Assembly (NCBI RefSeq): GCF_026210795.1 | Contig: NC_089430.1 | Location: forward strand, 248,001 to 312,000 | Direction of reading: 5' to 3' | Source of the DNA: Rhizophagus irregularis | Lineage: Eukaryota | Length of the DNA stretch: 64,000 nucleotides | Shown: positions 29,224 through 41,484 of the stretch, one piece after another | Position numbering within the stretch: the first letter of the stretch is position 1 | How the letters are laid out: each line of letters begins with the position of its first letter | Made by a program: the position numbers and the translations under genes | The notes under the pieces: generated by a model | Told to the model about the DNA's origin: nothing | Database searches by the model: none | Seen by the model: the letters and a program-made list of their open reading frames with translations, nothing else

Positions 29224-29341
29224 GTTACTCGGCACAAAGTGCCGAGTAACTGTTGTATTTACAATAAGCAATATGATTGGTGGGATTTACTGAGCGCAGC
29301 TCAGCAAATTTCACTGATCATATTCTTATTGCAAATACAAT
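29224..29341. repeat. Two adjacent palindromes (a 27-bp hairpin and a ~88-bp imperfect foldback)
   Basis: gttactcggcac-aaa-gtgccgagtaac, then ttgtatttacaataag...ctgagcgcagctcag...cttattgcaaatacaa. Confidence 0.85.
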
Positions 29342-30644
29342 GAAATTATTATTCATAAATAATTTTTATTTAATAATTTGAATATCAAACCATCTCTATA
29401 CATTTAAGTTCCTTGGTACTTGTTCTATTATATTGCATGTTTGTCTTTTTATTGAAAATTTAGAATTATGTTTTTGTTATATATTTATATATCATCCTTT
29501 TACTTTTTGCCAATACTCAGAGTTATTTCAACCTAAAAGACACTTTATTAAACGCTTTTATTAGTGGGCTACATATTTATGCAAAATGTAGTTACCAAAT
29601 TATACAAAATTTTTTAGGCTTCCTTAATACAGTGAGTATTACATTGTACACAAAATTATGTTAATTTCATGCAACAAAGAAATTATTAATTGCTTTTTAT
29701 TAAGTCTTTCTTCTAAAAATCATGTCATTTGGAGAAGAAGTTGATTATCGAAGGATGCGAAACTTGGTGATTAATTTTATAAGGGCGCTTCTATGGTAAA
29801 ATAGTCCAAATTTTGTTTGATGTTCATAGTATATGTATGTGGTCATTAATACTTTCTTATTTTTCATATCATAAATGTCCATTTAAAATAGATTATTAAC
29901 AATTAAAAATATGATTGCAGAGTTAATTGTAAATTTTCGTTTAATTCAAAATAAATAAATTTATTATGACAGAGCCTTTTCTATTTTCTACTTTACTTCT
30001 CTAAGACAATATAATGATACACTAGAGCTTAGACCACCACCTATCTGATCAATTAGTTCTCATATATACATATTTTCATCAAAAATTGTGGGATGGGTAT
30101 GCAGAAATAGCAACAAATATAAGAAAATTATATAACCTCTATCTTTTTCCCAAACAAATGCGAGAAGAATGTGAAAAATTCTTTGTTATAACACAGGACC
30201 TACCCTATAACAAGACGTCAAAGCATATTTTATGAAGGCTGAGGACGCAATTCCGAAATCGACAGGCATAAGTCAACTTTGAGTCTTGGCTAAACTAAAG
30301 GAATCAAAATTCCGTATGCATGTGCTTGTTACTATTGATAACCTTTCAGAGACTTATTGCTATCATACGATAATGATAATCATCCTGTATTTCTTCTTTA
30401 TTTTTACTAGGCAAAATGTAAAGTGAAAATACAATTAATTGCCTCTTTAATTAATGTATCATTGGTAATACTGTATCTAATCCACTTGTTGCAAAACATT
30501 ATAAATTCAGATTTTTGCGCAAAAGAATTTATATGTTCTTCCAGTACACGATAAACACCTGTTGAAGTTCAGCCAACCTTCCCGCGAAAAATTAAGGTGC
30601 GTATATACTGTAAATTATGCTTACATGCGAAGTAGTTTTTCACT

Positions 30645-30971
30645 ATGGGGTCTCATGTTTCAGAAAGCAAGATAGGTAATACTATTTCTCTCCATTGTCT
30701 TATCATTCCTATAGGCCAATTTTATAATCTCCCACATTATAAAGTTGTACAAAAAGTTACGATTGACAAGACTCAAGCAGTTAGTGAACTCAAGTCTATA
30801 ATTCAGAACAACCTGGGAACACCGTTTAATAACATTCCTCTAGAAGTTCAGAAATTTCATCCTGCCATCGATATTAAAATGTGTATACAACTGCGGGCTC
30901 CAATTTCTGATTATTTTAATAAGAAGCCTTCAACGAACATCTTCTATGTTACCGTATATCCCCTGCCATAA
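30645..30971 (+). CDS. Small stand-alone Crinkler (CRN) N-terminal ubiquitin-like domain protein
   Basis: ISLHCLII...VTIDKTQAVSELKSII...FYVTVYP matches the CRN N-terminal pattern (LxCLV...VSELK...HVIV). Confidence 0.65.
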   Translation: MGSHVSESKIGNTISLHCLIIPIGQFYNLPHYKVVQKVTIDKTQAVSELKSIIQNNLGTPFNNIPLEVQKFHPAIDIKMCIQLRAPISDYFNKKPSTNIFYVTVYPLP

Positions 30972-31264
30972 TTTTCCAGCCAGAATTACACAATGTTATG
31001 ATGTACTTTTCAGTATTATTATCTATTTACATATACAGGTATCTTCAGTCTATAAAGTTTCTTTTTTTTTCTTATAAAAATTACTTTGATCAGACTGTTA
31101 TTGTTAAAACTATCAATGATTTATCTTAATGTAGATAATTAATGATACCAATATTAAAAAGGTACTTAAATTTTCTAATTCTCAATTTTTATTTGATTTT
31201 TTTACATTTTTGGCGCAAACCTTTATGTATCTATTGTAATACTTTTAAAAACCATACAGTATAC

Positions 31265-31874
31265 AACATAGCGGACATCCCTATTTTATCACAATACTGT
31301 TGTCGATCATTTGCCGATCATTTATTCAATTATCACATAAAATAAATACCGTTGCTAAAAAAATTTACATAATAATATATGCTTAAATTTCACAAATAAC
31401 TTAAATTTAGTTTTAATTTATTGTGTATTAAATTTCAATGAAACTTTTTAGCTTTTATTAATTATTTGGCATATATTTATTCATTTTACGAAATTATTCA
31501 CTAATTATGTTACTAATAAAAAACCTGCATTATGAATCAGATCACTGCATTATTTTTTTTATAGATTCTACATAATATAAAGAATATTTGTGCAAATTCT
31601 TAAGTTTCGCACTCGCATATTCATCTTCGCACTTTAATTTTTGTCTTATGATCGGCAATAATTAGTGAATTATCATATACAAATAATATATTTATAATAT
31701 TATTAAAAATTGTGCAATTAAAGTCATATAATAATTTAGTGTTTTTACTTAGATTCCATTATTTTTTTGCCACATTATTTGAAAAATATTTGTGATTTTG
31801 CAATAAGTTTTTAAAATCCGGAATTAGTGATCAGCAAATGATCGGCAAGGTGATATGAGCATGTCCGCTATGCT
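31265..31874. mobile_element. Mutator-type MITE family B, copy 1, with 9-bp TSD acagtatac
   Basis: TIR a(a/g)catagcggacat...atgtccgctatgct; perfect TSD at 31256-31264 and 31875-31883. Confidence 0.9.
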
Positions 31875-32013
31875 ACAGTATACATAGTTTTGCCTGCTTT
31901 ACAATTTTATTTAATTTATCAAAAAGGGTTTAGAATACTGTTTTTGACTTTTATATGGGATGCGATATTTTGCGGGTGTGATGAGAAACCAAACCCATAA
32001 TTTATTGTACATC

Positions 32014-32639
32014 AGCATAGCGGACATCTTTACTTTATCACAATTTTGTCGATCATTTGTTGATCATTTATTCAATTTTATCACTTTGCTAAAAGTACTT
32101 TGGTTTAAAATCCTACATAATAATAATTTTACAGACAGCTTAACATTCATTTAAATTTACTGCATATTAAATTTTATCAAAAAAAATCCCTTTAAATAGT
32201 TCATAAAGTTTTGCCAAATTTTGTCTATATGTGTATTTTAATAATATTCATAAACATTTGCTCAATGATAACTTTTTGATTACCTAAAATTCTACATGAT
32301 TATTTTGGCCATTGATTCTTGAATACCTAAATAATATATTTTGAAAATTTTAAGTTTCGCCCGTAAATCTGTGGCTTCGTCTGAAGCTTCAAAGTCAAAT
32401 TAGCAGATGATTGGCAAATATCGGCAAATATCTAATTATTGAAAATTTCAGTTTAATAACTTTGACAATATAATTTTTTTTGCCATAAAACTTTTGTAAT
32501 ATGTTTTTCATAAATTATACTGCTAAAAACAAGCATTTTATGGCTTTAACCGTAGCTTCAAAAATTAATGTGCGTGACATGATATATTATATGATCAACA
32601 AAATGATCGGCAAAGTGATAAAAGCATGTCCGCTATGCT
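32014..32639. mobile_element. Mutator-type MITE family B, copy 2, with 9-bp TSD ttgtacatc
   Basis: Same TIR; perfect TSD at 32005-32013 and 32640-32648. Confidence 0.9.
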
Positions 32640-33458
32640 TTGTACATCTGAATTTTTTTTAATTTGATTACATCAAGCAATAAATTAATATATATATTCA
32701 TTTTATGTACATTTGTACTTGTACATCAAAATAAAATAAGGTTAGATAGAAGACTTTGGTTTATCAAGAAAAAAAAATAACTGATGCATTATATAATCCA
32801 GCAGATATCCTTGGTGTAGTTTCTTATCAAAATGTATTAAAAATAAAAAGTCAACAAATATAAATAAAGTACAATCAGCTATTGAAATAAGTGAAACAGG
32901 TTGAACCTGTAATGATCAGGCATCAAAAGGATCTATAATTACTTTGTTTGGAGGATCAGGGGAAGAACTTGCTGTCATTTTTATAGAACTGTCTGTGAAA
33001 CAAAATTGACAGCAGGGCATTTTGCCGACAGGTTTGACCAGAATTATGCAGAGCTATACACAAACAGTGATCAAACGGCCAGTGTTAGGCTATTGGCCAA
33101 TACATTATCATCGGAAATGGTTTTATATTATTATTTTGATAATTTATATTTCATTAATTTGAAAAGTTATAAAAAAAGATTTATTTAAATTACAAACTAA
33201 GAAACTTGTAAAATATTTACTACTCTAGTCTCAGCGTTTAAATAATTATAAAAAAGAGAATATAAATACATAAGCTAAAAAAAAAAGGAGTTATTTAAAT
33301 TACAAACTAAGAAACTTGTAAAATATTTTACTACTCTAGCCTTTAGTGTTTAAATAAATCTAAAAAGAATAAAACAAAGATCAATTTCTTTTGAATGTGT
33401 AATCTCAAATATCACTTAAATAAAACTATAAATTTTTTTAAAAACAAACAATGACTGG

Positions 33459-36400
33459 TTAATTTTCATCTATTTTAATATCTAAATAATTAAATATTAA
33501 ATAAAATTAATTTCACATAAATAATTTTTTTATATCATAATACATACATACCTAATGACCCCAAATCCTTAATTATATAATCATTCAAATCTTCACTTAC
33601 TAGCATTTCATTTGCTTTAGCTTGTGAATCTTCAAGAATTTCATTCAATTTTTTACTAGTAAAATCAAATAAGCGACTTGTATAACATACTTTAGGATGA
33701 GATTTAGTAGCAAGATTGTTACGTCCAATTGGTGCATTTATAAATGCCATAATATTGCTTTTTAATTCTTCATTTACTTCATTATTATAAGGACGGAAAA
33801 TCCAATTCTTAATAACTTTTTCCACTTCTGAAGTAGATGGCCTTTTTAATGGATCTTCGTTCCAACATTTTTTCATTAAATCTACATAGCATTGTGGAGT
33901 ATTTTCAATAATTTCAGGACGTTCACCTTTACAGATACTTAAACTAAGTTGAATATCATGTGCTCTATCATTAAATGGTGGTACTCCAGATGTAAACTCC
34001 CACATAATCATTGAAAAGCTATATATATCACTAGCTAGAGTATAAGATTTGCCTCTTAAAACTTCAGGAGCCATAAATGGCATAACACCATAAATATCAT
34101 ACTTTTCCAAAACCGATTTTACAGGTTGACATAATCCTAAATCACTAATATAAATTTTATCTTCGTTTTTATCATTATGATTTAAAATATTACCATCATG
34201 AAAATCACAATGAATAAGATTTTTTTCATGTATCTTACTAAGTCCAGAAATAATATGGTACAACATAAATAATTTTTGTTTCCAATTATTTTCAACTATT
34301 CTTGTTAAATTTTCTCTTAAATTACCTTTATTTGCATAATCCAATACTACCATATTTTTTGAAGTATTTGGATCTTCTGTAAATCCATAAAATTTAATAA
34401 TATCATTACTTGAACAATTTTCATGATATTCCCACTACAAAAAATTATAATAATTTATTAATATAAATTATAAAATAAAAAATAATATACTATCAATATA
34501 TCATACTTCTTTCAAAAATTCATTTAAATTTTCATTTATATTCTTGTGACATTTAAGAATTACTTTTTTTTCTTCATTATTCTTTAACCAAATAGCTTTG
34601 TATATAGTACCAAACCCTCCTTCATTAAGATATTCAACATTTTTAAATTTGTTATAAGGAATCCATTTTAATTTTTTTTCAAGAATAAAATCATCTATAA
34701 TTGTATTTCCACTTTTCCCAAACCTATAAATTTAGGTAATTAAAATTATATTATAGATTGTATTATAATTTACACTAAAATAAATTATTACTTACTCTAA
34801 AATTTAAATAGGAATTTAATGTAATATAAGTCTTAGTTTTTAGATAAATACATATAATAACTTATAATTTACAACTTACCAACTAAAGTAACAGATATTT
34901 TTTAAATGAAAGAATTCAATTAACAAAGAAATATTATATAAAATATATAACAATAAATAGAATTAAATAAATAAACTATGGCTTACAAACTAAAATAAAT
35001 TACAAAATAATTTTTTAAATAAAGAAATTAGTTAGTTTAAATTATATATAAATATTATAACAATAAGTAATTATAGAATTAATTAAATAACTTACTCCCT
35101 ATATTATTTAATAATTTTTTAAATAAAGAAATTAGATAGTTTAAAATATATGTAAATATTATAACAATAAGTAATAATAGAATTAACTTACTCCCTATAT
35201 TATTTAATAATTTTTTAAATAAAGAAATTAGATAGTTTAAATTATATATAAATATTATAACAATAAGTAATAATAGAATTAAATAAATAACTTATAACTT
35301 ACGATCTATTAAATAAAGAAATTGATTAGTTTTAATTACATGTAAATATTATAACAATAAGTAATAATAGAATTAAATAAATAACTTACCCGCTATATTA
35401 TTTAATAATTTTTTAAATAAAGAAATTAGTTAGTTTAAATTATATATAAATATTATAACAATAAGTAATAATAGAATTAACTTACAAACTATATTATTTA
35501 ATAATTTTTTAAATAAAGAAATTAGATAGTTTAAATTATATGTAAATATTATAACAATAAGCAATAATAGAATTAAGTAAATAAACTATGACTTACCAAC
35601 TAAAATAAATTACAAAATAATTTTTTAAATAAAGAAATAAGTTAGTTTAAATTATATGTAAATATTATTACAATAAGTAATAATAGAATTAAATAAATAA
35701 CTTACTAACTATATTATTAAATAATGTTTTAAATACAGAAATTAGTTAGTTTAAATTATATGTAAATACTATAACAATAAGTAATAATAGAATTAAATAA
35801 ATAAACTATGGCTTACCAACTAAAATAAATTACAAAATAATTTTTTAAATAAAGAAATTAGTTAGTTTAAATTATATGTAAATATTATAACAATAAGCAA
35901 TAATAGAATTAAATAAATAACTTACACTCTATATTATTAAATAAAAAAATTAGTTAGTTTAAATTATATGTAAATATTATAACATTAAGTAATAGAATTA
36001 AATAAATAACTTATGACTTACTAACTATATTATTTAATAATTTTTTAAATAAAGAAATTAGTTAGTTTAAATTATATGTAAATATTATAACAATAATTAA
36101 TAATAGAATTAAATAAATAAACTATGGCTTACAAACTAAAATAATTACAAAATAATTTTTTAAATAAAGAAATTAGTTAGTTTAAAATATATGTAAATAT
36201 TATAACAATAAGTAATAATAGAACTAAATATTAAATAACTTATAACTTATGATCTATTAAATAAAAAAATTAGTTAGTTTAAATAAAGAAATTAGTTAGT
36301 TTTAATTATATGTAAATATTATAACAATAAGTAATAATAGAATTAAATGAATAACTTACCACCTATGAAATAATTTTTTAAATAAAGAAATTAGTTAGTT

Positions 36401-38840
36401 TTAATTATATGTACAGTAAATATTATAACAATAAGTAATAATAGAATTAAATAAATAACTTACTCTCTATATTATTTAATAATTTTTTAAATAAAGAAAT
36501 TAGTTAGTTTAAATTATATGTAAATATTATAACAATAAGTAATAATAGAATTAAATGAATAACTTACCACCTATGAAATAATTTTTTAAATAAAGAAATT
36601 AGTTAGTTTAAATTATATGCAAATATTATAACAATAAGTAATAATAGAATTAAATAAATAAACTACTATGGCTTACCAACTAAAATAAATTACAAAATGA
36701 TTTTTTAAATAAAGAAATTAGTTTAAATTATATGCAAATATAATAACAATAAGTAATAATAGAACTAAATATTAAATAACTTATAACTTACGATCTATTA
36801 AATAAAAAAATTAGTTAGTTTAAATAAAGAAATTAGTTAGTTTAAATTATATGTAAATATTATAACAATAAGTAATAATAGAAATAAATAAATAAACTAT
36901 GGCTTACAAACTAAAATAAATTACAAAATAATTTTTTAAATAAAGAAATTAGTTAGTTTAAATTATATGCAATTATTATAACAATAAGTAATAATAGAAT
37001 TAAATAAATAAACTATGGCTTACCGGCTAAGATAAATTACAAAATAATTTTTAAATAAAGAAATTAGTTAGTTTTAATTATATGTAAATATTATAACAAT
37101 AAGTAATAATAGAATTAACTTACTCCCTATATTATTTAATTAAAGAAATTAGTTAGTTTTAATTATATGTAAATATTATAACAATATGTAATAATAGAAT
37201 TAAATAAATAACTTACCCTCTATGAAATAATTTTTTAAATAAAGAAATTAGTTAGTTTTAATAACAATAAGTAATAATAGAATTAAATAAATAACTTACC
37301 ATCTATGAAATAATTTTTTAAATAAAGAAATTAGTTAGTTTTAATTATATGTAAATATTATAACAATAAGTAATAATAGAATTAAATAAATAACTTACGC
37401 TCTACATTATTTAATAATTTTTTAAATAAAGAAATTGATTAGTTTTAATTATATGTAAATATTATAACAATAAGTAATAACAGAATTAAATAATAACTTA
37501 CTCCCTATATTATTTAATAATTTTTTAAATAAAGAAATTAGTTAGTTTTAATAACAATAAGTAATAATAGAATTAAATAAAAAACTTACACCCTATAATA
37601 TTTAATAATTTTTTATTTTTTAATAAAGAAATTAGTTAGTTTTAATTATATGTAAATATTATAACAATAAGTAATAATAGATTTAAATAAATAACTACCA
37701 TCTATAAAATAATTTTTTAAATGAAGAAATTAGTTAGTTTAAATTATATGTAAATATTATAACAATAAAGTAATAATAGAATTAAATAAATAACTACCAT
37801 CTATAAAATAATTTTTTAAATAAAGAAATTAGTTAGTTTAATTATATGTAAATATTATAACAATAAGTAATAATAGAATTAAATAAATAACTTACCCCCT
37901 AGTACATTATTCAATATTTTTTTTAAATAAAGAAATTAATTAAATTATATAATTAATATAAAATTGTAAATATAGATATCATATAACTTACACCCTGTAG
38001 TATTATTAATTATTAATTAGTTAGGTATAAAGATAATATAAGTGTATTTACTGTAAATTATATACATTACTTACAATCTAGTTATTTAAATTAAGAATAT
38101 AATTAGTTGAATTATGTAAAATATTAAACAAACAAATATAATATATATTGTAACTTACCATCTATAATATAATTATTAAATAGTTATTTAAACAAAGAAT
38201 TTAGTTATTGAATGTTATATAGAATAAATAAAGTTAAAGGACTAAAGGTTTAAATAACTGATAACTTACCAACTACAGTATTATTAATCATTAAATAAAT
38301 TATTTAGTTATATGGAATACAATAAAAATAATGAGTAATTCATTATTATTTAATTATATTAACTTACGAGCTAAATATTTAATATAATTTTTATATAATA
38401 TAGTTAGCCTAAATTATATTTGTAGTATTTGAATTGTTTATAAATAAAACTTAATATTTCAGCTTGTTTGATATACCTTTAGATTCCTTGGTGTCACTTC
38501 CTTCAAATTCCTCAATACTACTACTTTCAAATTTTTTAGTACCACTTCCCTCAAATTCTCCAGTTTCACTTTCTTCAAATTCTTCTATATTACTGGAAAC
38601 TAGTTTTGTTGTATTACAAATTTGGTTTAATAATATTTGATTATTTACAATGAAATTTTTTTAATAAATAAAAATCTTAATATTTCAACTTTGTTTTGTA
38701 TATTATATTTACCTTCAGGTTCTTTGACATCACACAAAACTAGTTTTATTATATTGCAAATTTGTTTTAAAAATTTTGAATAATTCTAATTTATAATTAT
38801 TCATGTTATAGGCTTTACCTTTATCAATACGTTGGTCCAT
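33459..38840 (-). CDS. Tyrosine-kinase-like kinase with a micro-exon-encoded N-terminal segment; exons 38840-38819, 38739-38713, 38599-38477, 34 3-nt exons (38370 to 34880), a 1-nt exon at 34796, 34723-34507, 34434-33552 and 33481-33459
   Basis: The spliced ORF is continuous: MDQRIDKVLCDVKEPEVSSNIEEF...KESK-ALDDWWDDGWKHEGTVYLGESVFKFVIVSDRRIFE-FGKSGNTIIDDFI...EGGFG...VILK...HCDFHDGN...SDLG...APE...SDIYSF. All introns are GT-AG. Confidence 0.85.
34790..38400 (-). repeat. Tandem array of about 36 intron-plus-micro-exon units (~80-120 bp each)
   Basis: Each unit reads cttac-NNN-ct(a/g) on the + strand, which is YAG|NNN|GTAAG on the minus strand; most also carry ttagttag (CTAAC branch point). Confidence 0.95.
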
Positions 38841-39184
38841 TACTATATCAAAATTCTCCCTAATTGGAAAATATCTTTTTTCTTTTTAAACGCCTTTATT
38901 AGTATAAATAAATATGGTAACAATATTTATGCAAAATGCATTATGTGCAAAAGTGTTGATCACAAGTACAAGCATTGCATCATTGTATATATGACAAACA
39001 AACCGAAATGTATATCAGTATATCAATTATTACAAAATCGCAGTAACTGGTTAATCATTTCGTCTTAGGTAATTATTAAGCACCAACTAGGGTAATTAAG
39101 TACTTAAATTGTAAGGGTTAAATTAATTTTAAAAATCTTAAGTTTTGAGAGTTGCACCATTACATTATTAAATTATTAACAATT

Positions 39185-39720
39185 GATAATAAATATGTTA
39201 CAGCAAACCCATTTTCGATTAGTTAATTTGATAACAATAATGGGTAAGCACCATTTTTTTTAATGGTTTAATAAAGAAATGGCGTGAATCCATTTCTTGT
39301 TAGGTGATTTAGATAATTAAAAACAGGTTCACACTATTTAATTATTAAATCAATTGAAAACTGTGCAAACCTGTTATTTATTATCAAATTACTTAATAAA
39401 AAATGGGTTTGCACTCATTATTTCTTTATTAAATCAATTAAGAATAGAAACCCATTATTTATTATCTAAATCACTCAAATCTATTTTTTATTAAGTAATT
39501 TAATATACAAAAACAGGTTCACACCAATTTTTCATTTAATAAAGAAATGGTTTGATCCTTTTTTTTATTAAGCAATTTGATAATAAATAATGGAGTCATA
39601 CCATTTTTAAATAAAGAAACTGTGTGAACCTATTTGTCATTAAGAAATTTAATAATAAATAATGGAATTTTTTTAATGGTTTAATAAAGAAATGGCATGA
39701 ACCTATTTCTTATTACATTG
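39185..39720. repeat. Degenerate mixed direct and inverted repeat cluster upstream of the kinase
   Basis: Recurrent ttaataaagaaatgg, aaaaacaggttcacac and tgtg(c/t)(a/g)aacct motifs. Confidence 0.55.
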
Positions 39721-41484
39721 TTTCTTTATTATTCAGAATTTTTTCAGTACTTATTTTTTTTTCGGATTCCTTTTTTTTCGGAAATTTCACTTTTTTTAAA
39801 CCGATTTCTTTTCTTTATCCTTTTTCTTTCCCCAAATTTTTTTTATTTTTTATTTTTTTTATTTTTTTTCATTTTTTTTCATTATTAAATAATATATTCA
39901 CAAATTATTATTTTTTTAAAAAATCAATAACATGTAGGAAAATTGACCAACGTTGATAGAAAGATGATTAAGATTGTCTCAATTAAAATTGAACGCTGAA
40001 TAAATAGTTTGATTTTCGAATTCATAAAAATCGAAAAAAATTGAAATTTTTACAATATTTTATAATTAATTAATTGAAGAAATTGTTAATTTAATAATAG
40101 ATTATTATAACCAAATCCATATCCAAATAATCACCAGATTTTTGAATAAAGATTTTAATTCAAATGGTTTAGTTGAATTAATATTTATCAAGTAAAATGA
40201 GTATCAAAAGAATAATATTAATAAATGATATGAACAGATTCTAATACATTTAATTGTTCAAATATTTTTCCTAAGTTAGTTATAAGTTTAAGATTGACGT
40301 AATATAAAATAATAAGAAATAATTATAAAATTTATAATTAATTAATAAAAATATTTGTAGTATTTTTTATAATATTAAAGTTTTTTCGAAAATACTTCTA
40401 AAAAATTAATCAATTTTTATTGATAACTATTTTTTTACAATTCCTTAATTAATCCGAATTTCATTCTACACTCAAACGTCAAATCATTAGTATAAATAAA
40501 TATAATTTAATACATATTATTTTATTATTTTTTGTTAACTAACTATTACCTAATTATAAACAAAAAACTACTTAGTATTACATTATAATACTAAATTTTT
40601 CTATTTAAACAAACTCATTGGTCCCGGTGCGAAAACGGGTAACTGCTAGTGATTACTTCGGTCCGTTTGATTATAAAGATTGATTTAACAGTACACTGGA
40701 TTTTTTTTTGCCATTCGCTTTATAATGAGTTGAGTTAATAAAAAAAATTTTTTTATATTAATTTAATTATTCTGTAATGAATAATTATAATGACATTAAT
40801 ATTATATAATAATATAATTAATAATTTCAAAATTTTATAAATTTTATGAACCTTAATAACATAGTATATCTTCTCTTACAAAATATTTTATAAAATTATT
40901 TCAAATATTGTAAATATGGATTTTATACAAATTTTTTGTCCGTGATAATCATACTAACGATTTTTGGTTTAAGATTGTTTTCCATAAATCGGTTGAATGA
41001 TAATGATTAATCTAAAAATGGTTAAAATTAAGAGTTTATTATTATTTTGGTTATTCATTTTTGCATATCGTCAAATGACATATGATTACGCAAATCCGCA
41101 AATTTGGTAATTTTCAATAACAAAAGTACAATCGCTTGAATTTCCTATTCACATGCTTAGACTGCTTAGTGGATTTGTTCTCTTAATTCGTAGAAGGTAC
41201 GTCGATCATAACACATTTTTAGTCAAAAGTGTCTCTCATTGAATATTAATCCGTAGGTAAATTTTAATGTAAAAAATTATACGAATTATGCGGTGTGATG
41301 ATTTACATAGTTTTTAACGATCAATTTTTTATTTAAAAATCTAAATTAGTAAGGGCCATGACATTTATTGCGTAATATTTTAGGCGGGGGTTAGCAAAAA
41401 TCTTACACTTTCCTTTGATTTTCATACTATGATCGACACAGACTCCCCGAAAAAATTCCCTGCACGAATTCCACTAAATGAAGG

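Noticed and set aside
34790..38400. CRISPR-like array or plain satellite interpretation
   Set aside because: The variable part is only 3 nt and is bounded by spliceosomal signals; the context is eukaryotic and there are no cas genes.
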